Assembly (NCBI GenBank): GCA_963793425.1
Contig: CAWCAG010000009.1
Location: 576,001-640,000 of the forward strand
DNA length: 64,000 nt
Direction of reading: 5' to 3'
Source of the DNA: an uncultured cyanobacterium
Lineage (GTDB): Bacteria; Cyanobacteriota; Cyanobacteriia; Cyanobacteriales; CAWCAG01
Shown here: piece by piece, positions 42,080 through 52,687 of the stretch
Layout of the letters: each line of letters opens with the position of its first letter
Position numbering within the stretch: position 1 is the first letter of the stretch
Translations under genes and position numbers: made by a program
The notes under the pieces: model-generated
Seen by the model: the letters and a program-made list of their open reading frames with translations, nothing else
Told to the model about the DNA's origin: nothing
Databases searched by the model: none

Positions 42080-43327
42080 CTATTTCTTTCCCAGAGCATT
42101 ACCTGCCAACCAACCAGTTGTCCAAGCACTTTGAAAATTAAACCCTCCTGTTACTCCATCTATGTCTAAAATCTCTCCGGCGAAATGAAGTCCGGGACAT
42201 AATTTACTACCCATGGTTTTGAAATGAATCTCTTTTAAATCTACCCCACCACAGGTAACAAATTCTTCTTTAAATGTACCTTTGCCCTTAATTTTATATT
42301 CCCCTGCATTTAATTCTTGCACTAACTTATTCAGGGCTTTTTTTGATAACTCTGCCCAAGGTTTAGCTTCTGGAATACCAGCCGCAATTACTAAACGTTG
42401 CCAAAGCCGCTTCGGTAAATCAAAGGGACAATTAGTAATAACTTTGCGCTTAGGAAATTGAGATTTGACGGCTAATAATTGTTCTCGTAAACTTTCTTGC
42501 TTGAATTGTGGCAACCAATTAATAATCAAACTCATTTGATAATTGTGATCACTTAAAACTCTTGCCCCCCAAGCTGATAGTTTTAAGATGGCCGGGCCAC
42601 TAACTCCCCAATGAGTAATTAATAAAGGTCCTGTTTGGACTGGAGGCAATTCTTTATTTAAACCGGGAAATTGTAAGCGTACGGAAGTTTCAGCAACACT
42701 AGTTCCTGCTAAATCTTGGAAGCGAGGATCTTTGATTTTAAAAGTGAATAAAGAAGGTACTGGGGGAATAATTTTATGACCTAACTCCCTTGCCCAAGCA
42801 TAACCGGTAGGGTTACTTCCTGTAGCTAATAGTAAGCGATCGCAGTTTAATTCTCTCCCATCTTTTAGTCCTAATTTAAAAACTTTTGGTAGCTTTTGAA
42901 CAGTTCTAACCCCAGAACTTGTCCACAATTTAACCCCTGTTTTTAAAGCAGCTTGAGTTAAACAATCAACAATAGTTTCCGAACTATTGGTAACCGGAAA
43001 CATCCGCCCATCCGCCTCTGTTTTTAAAGCTACTCCTTGCTTAGTAAACCAAGCTACCGTATCTTGAGGTTGAAAGCGAAAAAAAGCTCCCCGCAACGCT
43101 TTGCCGCCGCGAGGATAATTTTGTATCAGTAAAGCAGGGTCAAAACAATGGTGAGTAACATTGCATCTTCCCCCGCCGGAAATACGCACCTTAGCTAAGG
43201 GTTTGCGCCCTGCTTCTATTAAGGTAACTTGAGTATGGCGATGGCTTGCAGCACAAGTAACAGCAGCGAAAAAACCTGCCGCCCCACCACCAATAACAAC
43301 TACCTGTAAAGTCTTTTTTTCAGTCAC
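42080..43327 (-). CDS. HI0933/BaiN family flavoprotein oxidoreductase
   Basis: IGGGAAG, KVRISGGGRCNVT, FVTCGGV, GGFNFQSAW. Confidence 0.92.
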   Translation of the reverse strand: MTEKKTLQVVVIGGGAAGFFAAVTCAASHRHTQVTLIEAGRKPLAKVRISGGGRCNVTHHCFDPALLIQNYPRGGKALRGAFFRFQPQDTVAWFTKQGVALKTEADGRMFPVTNSSETIVDCLTQAALKTGVKLWTSSGVRTVQKLPKVFKLGLKDGRELNCDRLLLATGSNPTGYAWARELGHKIIPPVPSLFTFKIKDPRFQDLAGTSVAETSVRLQFPGLNKELPPVQTGPLLITHWGVSGPAILKLSAWGARVLSDHNYQMSLIINWLPQFKQESLREQLLAVKSQFPKRKVITNCPFDLPKRLWQRLVIAAGIPEAKPWAELSKKALNKLVQELNAGEYKIKGKGTFKEEFVTCGGVDLKEIHFKTMGSKLCPGLHFAGEILDIDGVTGGFNFQSAWTTGWLAGNALGKK

Positions 43328-43369
43328 GTAAAATTTAGTTGAGGAAATAGGGGGACGAGAGGAAGTAAC

Positions 43370-43466
43370 AAGTAATAAGTAATAAGTAATTAAGTTAAGA
43401 ATGTACTATTCCCTATTCTCTTGCACGATTAGCTATTAGCCATTAGCCATTAGCCATTAGCCATTA
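43370..43466. repeat. STRR heptamer runs (AAGTAAT)n and (ATTAGCC)x4
   Basis: Read directly between rubredoxin and the flavoprotein gene. Confidence 0.8.
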
Positions 43467-43467
43467 A

Positions 43468-43626
43468 CTAAGCTTCCTCAAATTCCTCCTTTCCTGCCCC
43501 ACAAACAGGACAAGCCCAGTCTTCTGGCAAATCTTCAAAAGGAGTACCAGGTTTTATATCATTATCAGGATCTCCTTTTTCAGGATCGTATTCGTAACCG
43601 CAAACATTGCATACATAAGTAGTCAT
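43468..43626 (-). CDS. Rubredoxin
   Basis: [29 protein letters not shown]. Confidence 0.95.
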   Translation of the reverse strand: MTTYVCNVCGYEYDPEKGDPDNDIKPGTPFEDLPEDWACPVCGAGKEEFEEA

Positions 43627-43717
43627 GTGTTTTCTAAAATCCTTAAGCTTAAAAATCTTTACCAAGAATTATTGCATAATCTAACAATGACAAAAAATTC
43701 ATCGGAGGATTAAAAGG

Positions 43718-45058
43718 TTGGCAACTCGCGTCATTATAGTTCGTCACGGACAAAGTAATTATAATCTCCAACAAAAGATTCAAGGTCGTTGTGATGAATC
43801 TTTGTTAACAGACTTGGGGCGTAGCGATGCCCTCAAAACGGGTCAAATTCTTGATGATTATGACTTTCATGGTTTTTACCATAGTCCTTTGAAACGAGCA
43901 ACCCAAACTGCTGAAGTTATGGAAAGTTGCTTACAAAATCCTCCTTCTCGTCAAGCAGTAGAAATGTTGAGGGAAATTGATTTGCCTTTATGGGAAAAGA
44001 TGCGTAAACAGGAAGTTAAGGAGAAGTTTGGAGAAGATTATTCAACGTGGAAACAGCGTCCTCATGAGTTTAAGATGCTGCTAGAAGGGGAAAAAGAACA
44101 TTTCCCGGTACTTTCTCTTTATCAACAAGCTGAGGAGTTTTGGCAAGAAACCCTTCCGCAACATCAAGGAGAAACTATTTTAATTGTCGCTCACAATGGC
44201 ATTAACCGTTGTTTAATCGGTACTGCTATTGGTGTTCCTCCCTCACATTATCATCGCCTGCAACAATCTAACTGTTGCATCAGCGTTTTGAATTTTACTG
44301 GAGGTTGGGGAGAGCCAGTACAATTGGAATCATTGAATCAAACTTCCCATTTAGATAAGACTCTACCTTCCTACCGCCAACCTCATAAGGGGCCACGTTT
44401 ACTCTTAATTCGCCACGGCGAAACCGAGTGGAATCGTGCTTCCCGTTTCCAAGGGCAAATTGATATTCCCCTAAATGAAAAAGGTAGACAACAGGCACAA
44501 AAAGCAGCGGATTTTCTTGAGGATATACCATTAGATTTTGCTGTGAGTAGTCCTATGGCCAGACCAAAAGAAACAGCAGAAATTATCTTAGCAAATAAGC
44601 CAGAAGTTTACTTGGAATTACAAGGGGATCTTAAAGAGATTAGTCACGGTTTATGGGAAGGAAAATTAGAAGCAGAAATAGAAGCTGAGTATGGAGAATT
44701 GCTACAACAATGGAAGGATGCACCAGAAACAGTGCAAATGCCAGCAGGAGAGAATTTACAACAAGTTTGGGAAAGGGGAGTTGCTTGTTGGGATGATTTA
44801 GTTAAAGCAATTGAGGAGAAATCTTCTGACCCACAAACAGGAATAGTTGTGGCCCATGATGCGATTAATAAAGCAATTCTTTGTTATTTGTTAGGTTTAA
44901 AACCTACTAATTTCTGGAACGTAAAACAAGGAAATGGTGCAGTTAGTGTCATTGATTATCCTCAAGGGACAACAGGACAACCAGTTTTACAAGCTGTTAA
45001 CCTAACTAGCCACCTGGGGTCTGGCATTCTAGACAAAACCGCAGCCGGGGCTTTGTAG
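43718..45058 (+). CDS. Tandem-domain histidine phosphatase (phosphoglycerate mutase family)
   Basis: Two RHG motifs (VRHGQS, IRHGET), each with a downstream VAH motif. Confidence 0.9.
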   Translation: MATRVIIVRHGQSNYNLQQKIQGRCDESLLTDLGRSDALKTGQILDDYDFHGFYHSPLKRATQTAEVMESCLQNPPSRQAVEMLREIDLPLWEKMRKQEVKEKFGEDYSTWKQRPHEFKMLLEGEKEHFPVLSLYQQAEEFWQETLPQHQGETILIVAHNGINRCLIGTAIGVPPSHYHRLQQSNCCISVLNFTGGWGEPVQLESLNQTSHLDKTLPSYRQPHKGPRLLLIRHGETEWNRASRFQGQIDIPLNEKGRQQAQKAADFLEDIPLDFAVSSPMARPKETAEIILANKPEVYLELQGDLKEISHGLWEGKLEAEIEAEYGELLQQWKDAPETVQMPAGENLQQVWERGVACWDDLVKAIEEKSSDPQTGIVVAHDAINKAILCYLLGLKPTNFWNVKQGNGAVSVIDYPQGTTGQPVLQAVNLTSHLGSGILDKTAAGAL

Positions 45059-45059
45059 A

Positions 45060-45098
45060 AAGTAATAAGTAATAAGTAATAAGTAATAAGTAATAAGT
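45060..45098. repeat. STRR (AAGTAAT)x5
   Basis: Read directly, just after the stop codon. Confidence 0.9.
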
Positions 45099-45232
45099 TT
45101 AAGAGTATGGCAACTAACAATAGAGAGATTTAGTACGAAACAAACTACTTACCTATTCCTACCTATCTATCGTTGCTCATTACTCATTGATCATTGATCA
45201 TTGATCGTTGATAACTGATATAAGGGTTTTTC

Positions 45233-46042
45233 ATGGAAGGTTTGAAAGGTAAAAATGTTTTGGTGACTGGGGCTACTTCTGGTATTGGACAGGCGATCGC
45301 AGCCCGGTTTGCTGTTGAGGGGGCAAATGTAGCGATTAATTATCGTAATGATCCTGAGAAAGTTGAAGAAACTAAAAAGATGATTGACGATATGTGCAAT
45401 CAAGTCAGAGGTTGCGGCGGTAGGGAATTACCTGTAGAGGGAGATGTTTCCCAAGAAGAAGATATTATCGCCATGTGTGCCAAAGTTGTTCAAGAATTGG
45501 GTAGCCTTGATATCTTGGTTAACAATGCTGGCATACAAATGGCAGAAGAGTCCCACAAAGTAGAAACCTCTGACTTTGATAAGGTTTTGGCTGTTAACCT
45601 CAGAGGGGCTTATCTTTGCTCTCGCGAAGCCATCAAACACTTTTTGAGTCGGGGGCAAGGAGGCATAATTCTCAATATTTCTAGCGTTCACGAAATCATC
45701 CCCAGACCTCAATATATTAGTTATTCTATTAGTAAAGGGGGCATGGAAAATATGACCAAAACTCTAGCCTTAGAATATGCACCTCAAGGCATCAGAGTCA
45801 ATGGAATCGCACCGGGGGCAACAGCAACCCCGATTAATAGTTGGACGGAGGACAAAGAGAAGAAAGAAGAAGTAGAAAGTCATATACCTTTAGGCAGAGT
45901 AGGTACTTCCGAAGAAGTGGCAGCCATAACTGCATTTCTCGCTTCCGATGATGCCTCATACATAACCGGACAAACCCTCTTTATCGACGGCGGTTTAACC
46001 CTGTATCCCGACTTTCTAAAACCCTGGTCAGCAGGGGAGTAG
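45233..46042 (+). CDS. Glucose 1-dehydrogenase-like SDR oxidoreductase
   Basis: TGATSGIG, NNAGIQ, SSVHE, YSISKGG. Confidence 0.88.
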   Translation: MEGLKGKNVLVTGATSGIGQAIAARFAVEGANVAINYRNDPEKVEETKKMIDDMCNQVRGCGGRELPVEGDVSQEEDIIAMCAKVVQELGSLDILVNNAGIQMAEESHKVETSDFDKVLAVNLRGAYLCSREAIKHFLSRGQGGIILNISSVHEIIPRPQYISYSISKGGMENMTKTLALEYAPQGIRVNGIAPGATATPINSWTEDKEKKEEVESHIPLGRVGTSEEVAAITAFLASDDASYITGQTLFIDGGLTLYPDFLKPWSAGE

Positions 46043-46137
46043 TTCATTGATAATTGATTAGCAATGATCAGTTTGTCTCCCAAGCTCCCAAGCTCCCAAG
46101 CCCCCCCCAACTCTCCAACTCCCACTTCCTTAAAATC

Positions 46138-47022
46138 ATGATTGAACCAATTGGCGTAGAAAGAGATTCGATTTTAACTTCCTTGGGCAGAATGGTTTAT
46201 TACAGCCCGAATAAAGACCCTTGGTCAGCAAATGATGATAAACCCTCCTTAGTGTTTCTTCATGGCTTTGGGGGTGGCTCATCTGCCTATGAGTGGTCGA
46301 AAGTTTACCCAGCCTTTGCTAACGAATATCGTATCTTGGCTCCAGACTTAATTGGTTGGGGACGTTCAGAACATCCAGAGCGTAACTATCAAGTAGAAGA
46401 TTATATCACTACAATTATTGAATTTCTAGAAAATACTTGCGAAGCCCCTACAGCCGTTGTCGCATCTTCCTTAACCGCTGCTATTGTTATTCGCGCTGCC
46501 ATTCTGCGTCCTGATTTATTTAAGTCCTTAATTCTTACTCTGCCCGCTGGTTTGTCAGATTTTGGCCAAGATTACAATAACAGTTGGTTTATTCAGCTGT
46601 TCAAAGTCCCGGTTATCGATAAGCTTATTTATACCACTGGGGTAGCCACAGCTAATGGCATTAGTAGCTTCCTCCAAAGTCGCCAATTTGCCAAACCTTC
46701 CCGCATTTACCCAGAAATTATCGCAGCTTACTTACAATCAGCACAAGAACCCAATGCTGAATATGCGGCGCTATCTTTTGTACGAGGAGACTTATGTTTT
46801 GATTTAGCTTTGTATATCAAGCAGTTAACCACCCCCACAGCAGTTATTTGGGGGCAAAAATCCGCTTTCACTGGGCCAGAAATCGGCAAACGCTTAGCGG
46901 CACTTAACCCAGAAGCTATTAAGGAATTTCTGGTTTTAGAAGATGTGGGTTTAACGCCACAGTTAGAGTTACCAGGAGTTACTATTGGTTTGTTGAGGAA
47001 GTATTTAGATATATTGACTTAA
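46138..47022 (+). CDS. Alpha/beta fold hydrolase-like protein
   Basis: FLHGFGGG, APDLIGWGRS, ASSL elbow. The upstream extension in the ORF track is STRR sequence. Confidence 0.85.
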   Translation: MIEPIGVERDSILTSLGRMVYYSPNKDPWSANDDKPSLVFLHGFGGGSSAYEWSKVYPAFANEYRILAPDLIGWGRSEHPERNYQVEDYITTIIEFLENTCEAPTAVVASSLTAAIVIRAAILRPDLFKSLILTLPAGLSDFGQDYNNSWFIQLFKVPVIDKLIYTTGVATANGISSFLQSRQFAKPSRIYPEIIAAYLQSAQEPNAEYAALSFVRGDLCFDLALYIKQLTTPTAVIWGQKSAFTGPEIGKRLAALNPEAIKEFLVLEDVGLTPQLELPGVTIGLLRKYLDILT

Positions 47023-47251
47023 GCTTTTGTACTCTATTATACCTGGGAAGTGGATCTTGTCTTCCTGAAGAGAGATAATTGAGTCGTGCTAAATTATTCC
47101 TATACTGCTAGCGACAGATAGCTAATCCTATTTTTTGAAATTTACTCTCGTACTTAAGTTACCAGAGTTAAGGCTACCAGTCAGGAGTTGATAAATACTT
47201 TCCCCAAGTTGAAAGCACTGAATCCTGACAATCTATAATAGGCTAGTCAGC

Positions 47252-48871
47252 ATGAAACGCATTTTAGTGCTTTCAATTAACCAAAATAACTCTAAGTTTC
47301 TCACAGACTTGCTAGCAGAATCTTACCAACTAATTTGGCCACAATCAGAAACTGGCTTTATTCCCCAAGCGAAGCAACTATTAACTCAACCATTCGACCT
47401 TTGTATTGGGGATTTTTCAACTTTGGAATTACTCAAGCAAGAAATATTAAACAGAAGAGAAGCAGAAAAACCTGTCTTTTTACCTTTCGCCTTAATTACT
47501 TCTCATCAAGAAATAGATATCACCACTGATAGTTTAGAGTATTTAGTTAACGATATTATTTATGCCCCTCTAGAAAAAGCCCTGTTACAAACTAGGTTGA
47601 GGGTATTGTTGCGATCGCGCCAAATGTCTTTGCAACTCAACACAGCTAATGAAAAGTTAGAAAGAGAAGCCCAAGAAAGAATTAAAGTAGAAAAAGCCTT
47701 ACAGCAAAGCGAAATTCGTTTCCGCCAATTAGCTGAAAACATTAGCGAAGTCTTTTGGATTAGCACCCCTGATAAAAGCAAAATTCTTTACCTTAGTAGC
47801 GCTTACGAAAGGATGTGGGGACAAAGTTGTCAAAGCGTTTATGACAATTCTCAAGCTTGGCTAAATATTATTCATCCCGAAGATCGCCAACGAGTAAAAG
47901 CATCTTTAGAAGTTGAAAAACGAGGAGAATTTAGTAAGCAAGAGTACCGGATTATTCATCCTGACAAAGGTATTCGCTGGATGTGGGGGCGGGCTTTTCC
48001 TGTGTTTGAAGCAGGAGAGTTTACTTGCTTAGTAGGAGTAGTAGAAGATATTACCGAACGCAAACAAGCAGAATTAGAAATGAGTAAAGCCCTAGTAGCA
48101 GAAAAAGAACTCAATCAACTCAAATCTAGCTTTGTTTCTATGGTTTCCCATGAATTTCGTAACCCTCTTAATAGTATTTCTGGATTGGTGCAAATACTTA
48201 AATTGTATGGCAATGAACTGACCACAGAGAAAAAACAAGCAATGTTTCCGCGCATCCAAAGCAGCATTGAGAGAATGACCAATCTGTTAGATGATATGTT
48301 GATGATTGGTAAAGCAGAAGAAGGCAAACTTAAATTTAAACTAGCTTTTTTAGAGTTAGAAAAGTTCTGTCGCAGTTTAATTAGTGAAATCAAACTTAGT
48401 CAAGACAAAAAGCACGAAATCATCTTAAACTATCAAGGTAAAGCTGCTTCTATTTTAGATGAAAAACTTCTGCGGTATATACTAACAAACTTGCTTGCCA
48501 ACGCTGTTAAATATTCTCCCCAGGGCGAAACTATTAACTTCAATGTAATTTGCAACTCTTCCCAAGTGGTTTTCCAAATTGAAGATAGAGGTATTGGTAT
48601 TCCTATTGAAGAGCAAAAGCGGCTCTTTGAATCTTTTTATCGTGCTACCAATGTAGGACAAATTCAAGGTACAGGTTTAGGTTTATCAATCGTCAAACAC
48701 TGTGTAGATTTGCATGGTGGGGCGATCGCCTTTAAAAGTGAAGAAGGTGTTGGTACTCAATTTACTTTAACTGTACCTAATGCTCTGAAAGAGGCAGTGA
48801 CAAGAATTAGTAAGCTGTTAGACAAAACCCGTAATTGTTGTTTAACTATTAACCTTATCTGTTTGCAATAA
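47252..48871 (+). CDS. PAS/PAC sensor histidine kinase with degenerate N-terminal receiver-like domain
   Basis: RFRQLAENI..IHPEDR..EDITERK PAS; SHEFRNPL, NLLANAVKYS, GTGLGL. Confidence 0.9.
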   Translation: MKRILVLSINQNNSKFLTDLLAESYQLIWPQSETGFIPQAKQLLTQPFDLCIGDFSTLELLKQEILNRREAEKPVFLPFALITSHQEIDITTDSLEYLVNDIIYAPLEKALLQTRLRVLLRSRQMSLQLNTANEKLEREAQERIKVEKALQQSEIRFRQLAENISEVFWISTPDKSKILYLSSAYERMWGQSCQSVYDNSQAWLNIIHPEDRQRVKASLEVEKRGEFSKQEYRIIHPDKGIRWMWGRAFPVFEAGEFTCLVGVVEDITERKQAELEMSKALVAEKELNQLKSSFVSMVSHEFRNPLNSISGLVQILKLYGNELTTEKKQAMFPRIQSSIERMTNLLDDMLMIGKAEEGKLKFKLAFLELEKFCRSLISEIKLSQDKKHEIILNYQGKAASILDEKLLRYILTNLLANAVKYSPQGETINFNVICNSSQVVFQIEDRGIGIPIEEQKRLFESFYRATNVGQIQGTGLGLSIVKHCVDLHGGAIAFKSEEGVGTQFTLTVPNALKEAVTRISKLLDKTRNCCLTINLICLQ

Positions 48872-49228
48872 GTCCCTAATAGTCATTAACAATTCCCTAG
48901 GTTGAAAAGGTTTAGTTATATAAGCATTAGCCCCTTGTTTCATGCCCCAATAAAGATCAGCTTTGGTAATTTTAGAAGAACACAGAACAACTAAAACATC
49001 CTTAGTTTCTGGATTTAATTTGATGCGACGACATACCTCATAACCATTATATTGGGGCAGAACAATATCCAACAGCACCAGATCAGGACGATTAGAACTA
49101 ATCTGTTCTAAAGCATCAGCCCCATTATTAGCTACAGTAACGTTAAACTTATTATTACCAAGAAATTTAGCAATTACTGTTCTTTGGGCAGGACTGTCTT
49201 CGATAACAAGAATTTTACTCACAACCAC
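48842..49228 (-). CDS. Single-domain response regulator (CheY/PilH-like)
   Basis: LVIEDS, LLDIVLP..GYEVCR, GANAYITKPF. Confidence 0.9.
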   Translation of the reverse strand: MVVSKILVIEDSPAQRTVIAKFLGNNKFNVTVANNGADALEQISSNRPDLVLLDIVLPQYNGYEVCRRIKLNPETKDVLVVLCSSKITKADLYWGMKQGANAYITKPFQPRELLMTIRDLLQTDKVNS

Positions 49229-49304
49229 TAACCTCTTAATTTCTCTCTTTACATCGTAGAGTTACCTTGATAGCTCTTGCATGAGGCGCAAGTCCCCAAT
49301 TATC

Positions 49305-49337
49305 CTAGGACTTTAGTCCTAGAGAAAATAGGACTTA
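49305..49337. promoter_or_regulatory. 8-2-8 inverted repeat plus extra half-site; candidate response-regulator operator
   Basis: CTAGGACT-TT-AGTCCTAG (49305-49322) and TAGGACTTA (49329-49337) between divergent regulator genes. Confidence 0.5.
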
Positions 49338-49420
49338 GGGTTCTTGCATCCCTCGAAAGAAGCATTTAGCCTCATTATAGTATTGGTGAGAAATTATTAA
49401 AGGCTTTGTCCTATTTCCCT

Positions 49421-50056
49421 ATGATTTGCGTTTTGCTAGTTGACGATCAAAATCTGATACGCTGTGCCTTGAGGCTTTTTTTAGCAGAAGAAGATTGTTT
49501 AGAAATTGTCGGAGAGGCAGAATCTGGGGAAGTGGCAATTCAGCAGGTAGAAGAACTTCATCCTGATGTAGTATTAATGGATATTCTCATGCCCGGTATG
49601 GGTGGGGTGGAAGCAACAAAGGTAATTTGCCAGAGTTTTCCCGAAACTCAGGTTTTAGTTCTATCCATTGATGACGACGATGAATATGTTGCCCAAGCGC
49701 TAAAATATGGAGCCGCAGGCTATATACTCAAAAATACTCCCCCAGAAGAATTAGCTTCAGCAATTAAAGCAGTACACAAAGGATACACTCATATTGGGCC
49801 AGGGCTAGGTAAGAAAATTATGGCCCAAATTCCCGATCCGGCTTTACATTCGGGGGCAACTTGGCAGAAGCTAACCCCCAGAGAACAAGAAATTGTCAAA
49901 TTAATTGCTAGGGGGGCAAATAACCGAGAAATTGCCAAAACCCTTTATATTGCTGAGAAGACAGTTAAAAATCATATTACCAACATTTTGAGTCGCCTTA
50001 ACTTGCGCGATCGCACTCAGGTAGCAATTTTAGCTAATTCCGGTTTAGGAAATTAA
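49421..50056 (+). CDS. NarL/LuxR family response regulator
   Basis: LLVDDQ, VLMDILMP, LTPREQEI..GANNREIA..KTVKNHITNIL. Confidence 0.93.
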   Translation: MICVLLVDDQNLIRCALRLFLAEEDCLEIVGEAESGEVAIQQVEELHPDVVLMDILMPGMGGVEATKVICQSFPETQVLVLSIDDDDEYVAQALKYGAAGYILKNTPPEELASAIKAVHKGYTHIGPGLGKKIMAQIPDPALHSGATWQKLTPREQEIVKLIARGANNREIAKTLYIAEKTVKNHITNILSRLNLRDRTQVAILANSGLGN

Positions 50057-50118
50057 GTTAACTGGTTTGTCGAGCTAACATGAATGTGTTGCTTATTGCT
50101 TAGTTTGAGGAGAGATTC

Positions 50119-50931
50119 TTGGGAAGGAAGTTTTTTGCTCTGGCGACGATTATTTTTTTATTAATTGTTAGTATTGTCTGGTTTCAAGGAAAGAAAGCAA
50201 ACACTTCAGTTGAAAATCTGCCAGTGTCAGCCTCAATTTACAATTATCAGGTGGTTAATACCTATCCTCATGATCCTCAAGCTTTTACCCAAGGATTGTT
50301 TTATGCTCAGGGTTTCCTTTATGAAGGAACAGGTTTGTATGGTCAATCTTCTTTGCGGAAAGTGGAGCTAACCACAGGAACAGTTATCCAGAAAACAGCT
50401 TTACCACAGCGTTATTTTGGGGAGGGAATTTCCCTTTGGCAAGATAAAATTGTGCAGTTAACTTGGAAATCTCAAGTTGGTTTTGTTTATAACCAAGAAA
50501 CCTTCAATAAAGAAGGGGAATTTACTTATCCTACCGAAGGTTGGGGTATCACCAATGACGGCGATCGCTTGATTATGAGCGATGGTACAGATAATCTTTA
50601 TTTTCTCGATCCAGAAACTTTTAAACAATTAGGTAGTATAAAAGTCCGCTACAAAGATAAACCTGTGCGGCAATTAAATGAATTAGAATATATTAACGGA
50701 GAGATTTTCGCTAATATTTGGACAACTAATTTTATTGCTCGTATTTCTCCTCGTACAGGTGAAGTATTAAGCTTATTAGACTTACGAAGTTTAAACCCTG
50801 ATGCTGGGAAAAAGGGGCAAGATGTACTTAATGGTATTGCCTATGACGAGGAAGGAAAGAGGCTATTTGTGACAGGAAAGCTGTGGCCGAAGTTATATGA
50901 AATTGAGTTAGTTGAATCCGCTGAAAAATAG
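50119..50931 (+). CDS. Glutaminyl-peptide cyclotransferase
   Basis: HDPQAFTQGL, FGEG, EGWG, LNELE, LNGIA, TGKLW. Confidence 0.92.
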   Translation: MGRKFFALATIIFLLIVSIVWFQGKKANTSVENLPVSASIYNYQVVNTYPHDPQAFTQGLFYAQGFLYEGTGLYGQSSLRKVELTTGTVIQKTALPQRYFGEGISLWQDKIVQLTWKSQVGFVYNQETFNKEGEFTYPTEGWGITNDGDRLIMSDGTDNLYFLDPETFKQLGSIKVRYKDKPVRQLNELEYINGEIFANIWTTNFIARISPRTGEVLSLLDLRSLNPDAGKKGQDVLNGIAYDEEGKRLFVTGKLWPKLYEIELVESAEK

Positions 50932-50950
50932 CTAATAGATAGAAAATTTT

Positions 50951-52162
50951 ATGTTTAAGAAATTAATTATTGCTAGCTTACTTAGTTGCTTAATCTTTGT
51001 TCCTCTACAAACAGCTTTATCTCCCTCCCCTGTTCAAGCTATAGAATTGTCTCCTCGTGATGCGATCGCCAGATTATTTACTTCACCTCAAGTTCAACAG
51101 GAGTGGTTTAGTTCCTCCTTTAGGCGACAAATTCCTTTATCACAAATTGAAAATATTCTTAATAACATTCAACAAACTTTGGGAGCATATCAATCAGTTG
51201 AAAAAGAGGGGAAAGATTATCAAGTTATTTTTGCACAAGGAGTTGTTCCTACCAAAATTCGTTTAAACAGTGAAGGGCAAATTGTTACTCTTTTGTTTCA
51301 ACCGCCCATTGCTAACGGAATTAGTTTAGAAGAAGCGGTAGAAAAATATCAAGAATTGCCGGGAGAAGTAAATTTCTTAGTTATAGAAGGAGACTCTACC
51401 TTAGCCGCTTTGAACCCCGATCAACCCCTAGCAGTAGGTTCTGCTTTTAAGTTAGCAGTTTTAGCCACTTTACAACAACAAATTAACGCTGGCGATCACA
51501 CTTGGCAAGACGTGGTGCAACTTCAACCTAATTGGAAAAGTTTGCCTAGTGGAATTTTGCAAACTTGGCCTGATTTTGCCCCCTTAACTCTGCAAACTTT
51601 AGCTACTTTGATGATTTCTCAAAGTGATAACACTGCTACTGATGCGCTGATTCAGATTTTAGGCAAGGAAAAAATAGAAGCTTTTGCCCCTCGTAACCAA
51701 CCTTTCTTAACGACTCGCGAAGCATTCACCCTGAAAAACCCCGAAAATAAGGCTTTCCTAGAGCGTTATCGTCAAGGCAATACTCCCTCACGTCGGGAGT
51801 TGTTGCCACAGCTACGAGAAGCTCCTCTCCCCAATCCAGGCATATTTCAAGATGAGCCTTTAGCTACTGATGTAGAGTGGTTTTTCACCGGACGAGAACT
51901 GTGTAATCTTATGGGTAATATCGCTAACATACCTTTAATGAGCGTTAATCCAGGAATAGCTAAAGTCGATAATTGGCAGCGAGTAGCTTTTAAAGGAGGT
52001 TCTGAACCAGGGGTATTAAACTTAACAACTCAACTGCAAAGCAAAGCGGGTAAAACCTATTGTGTAGCGGCAACATGGAACCATAGCGAAGCCCTGAATG
52101 AATCAAGCTTTTTTACCCTCTACAGTAGCGTTATCACACACCTAAGAGAAAATGACAGGTAA
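50951..52162 (+). CDS. Secreted serine hydrolase, class A beta-lactamase-like
   Basis: GSAFK (SxxK), SDN, KGG; signal peptide and an extra N-terminal domain. Confidence 0.85.
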   Translation: MFKKLIIASLLSCLIFVPLQTALSPSPVQAIELSPRDAIARLFTSPQVQQEWFSSSFRRQIPLSQIENILNNIQQTLGAYQSVEKEGKDYQVIFAQGVVPTKIRLNSEGQIVTLLFQPPIANGISLEEAVEKYQELPGEVNFLVIEGDSTLAALNPDQPLAVGSAFKLAVLATLQQQINAGDHTWQDVVQLQPNWKSLPSGILQTWPDFAPLTLQTLATLMISQSDNTATDALIQILGKEKIEAFAPRNQPFLTTREAFTLKNPENKAFLERYRQGNTPSRRELLPQLREAPLPNPGIFQDEPLATDVEWFFTGRELCNLMGNIANIPLMSVNPGIAKVDNWQRVAFKGGSEPGVLNLTTQLQSKAGKTYCVAATWNHSEALNESSFFTLYSSVITHLRENDR

Positions 52163-52200
52163 CAGGGATCACAAAAGGCATAAAGGGCTTTGCCAACAAA

Positions 52201-52383
52201 TCAAGAAACCGAAGCCAGTAAAATTTTACCAAGCTGAAATAGCTCAAAACAAACGAAAGTAGCAAGAATGACAGTAACCACATTGTTGAGGAGAGGAACA
52301 TTGCCGCGCCCTAAAAAAGAAGCAACAAACTTAACAATAACAATGGCAATAGCAAAAACAATTAGAATTTTCCAGAGGTTCAT
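52201..52383 (-). CDS. Small two-TM hypothetical protein
   Basis: 60 aa with two hydrophobic helices. Confidence 0.6.
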   Translation of the reverse strand: MNLWKILIVFAIAIVIVKFVASFLGRGNVPLLNNVVTVILATFVCFELFQLGKILLASVS

Positions 52384-52687
52384 AATTTTAAAGAGTCTCA
52401 GAGTAAAAATTGCAACAGTATTAAAGTTTGGTAGATCAATTGAGCATTGTAGCTCCTCAATCCCTAATTAGATATTAAAAAAAACTTACCCCTCGACTTT
52501 GTATGTCTTAACATAACTACTACTATCAGCTTATGAGTTGACCATAGATCCAGACTGCATATTCTAGCATCGAAAAAAATCCTTAACTCGGCTTCCTCAT
52601 GGAACTTAAAAATCTCTAGTCGCTTAACAACGCAGCAATGGTAGGTATAATCATTCCAAAGTAACCTTAATCCAAGATACGAAGCGT

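Noticed and set aside
48780..48871. Fifth frameshift explaining the 30-bp convergent overlap at the kinase 3' end
   Set aside because: The catalytic domain is complete and no specific indel can be identified without homologues.
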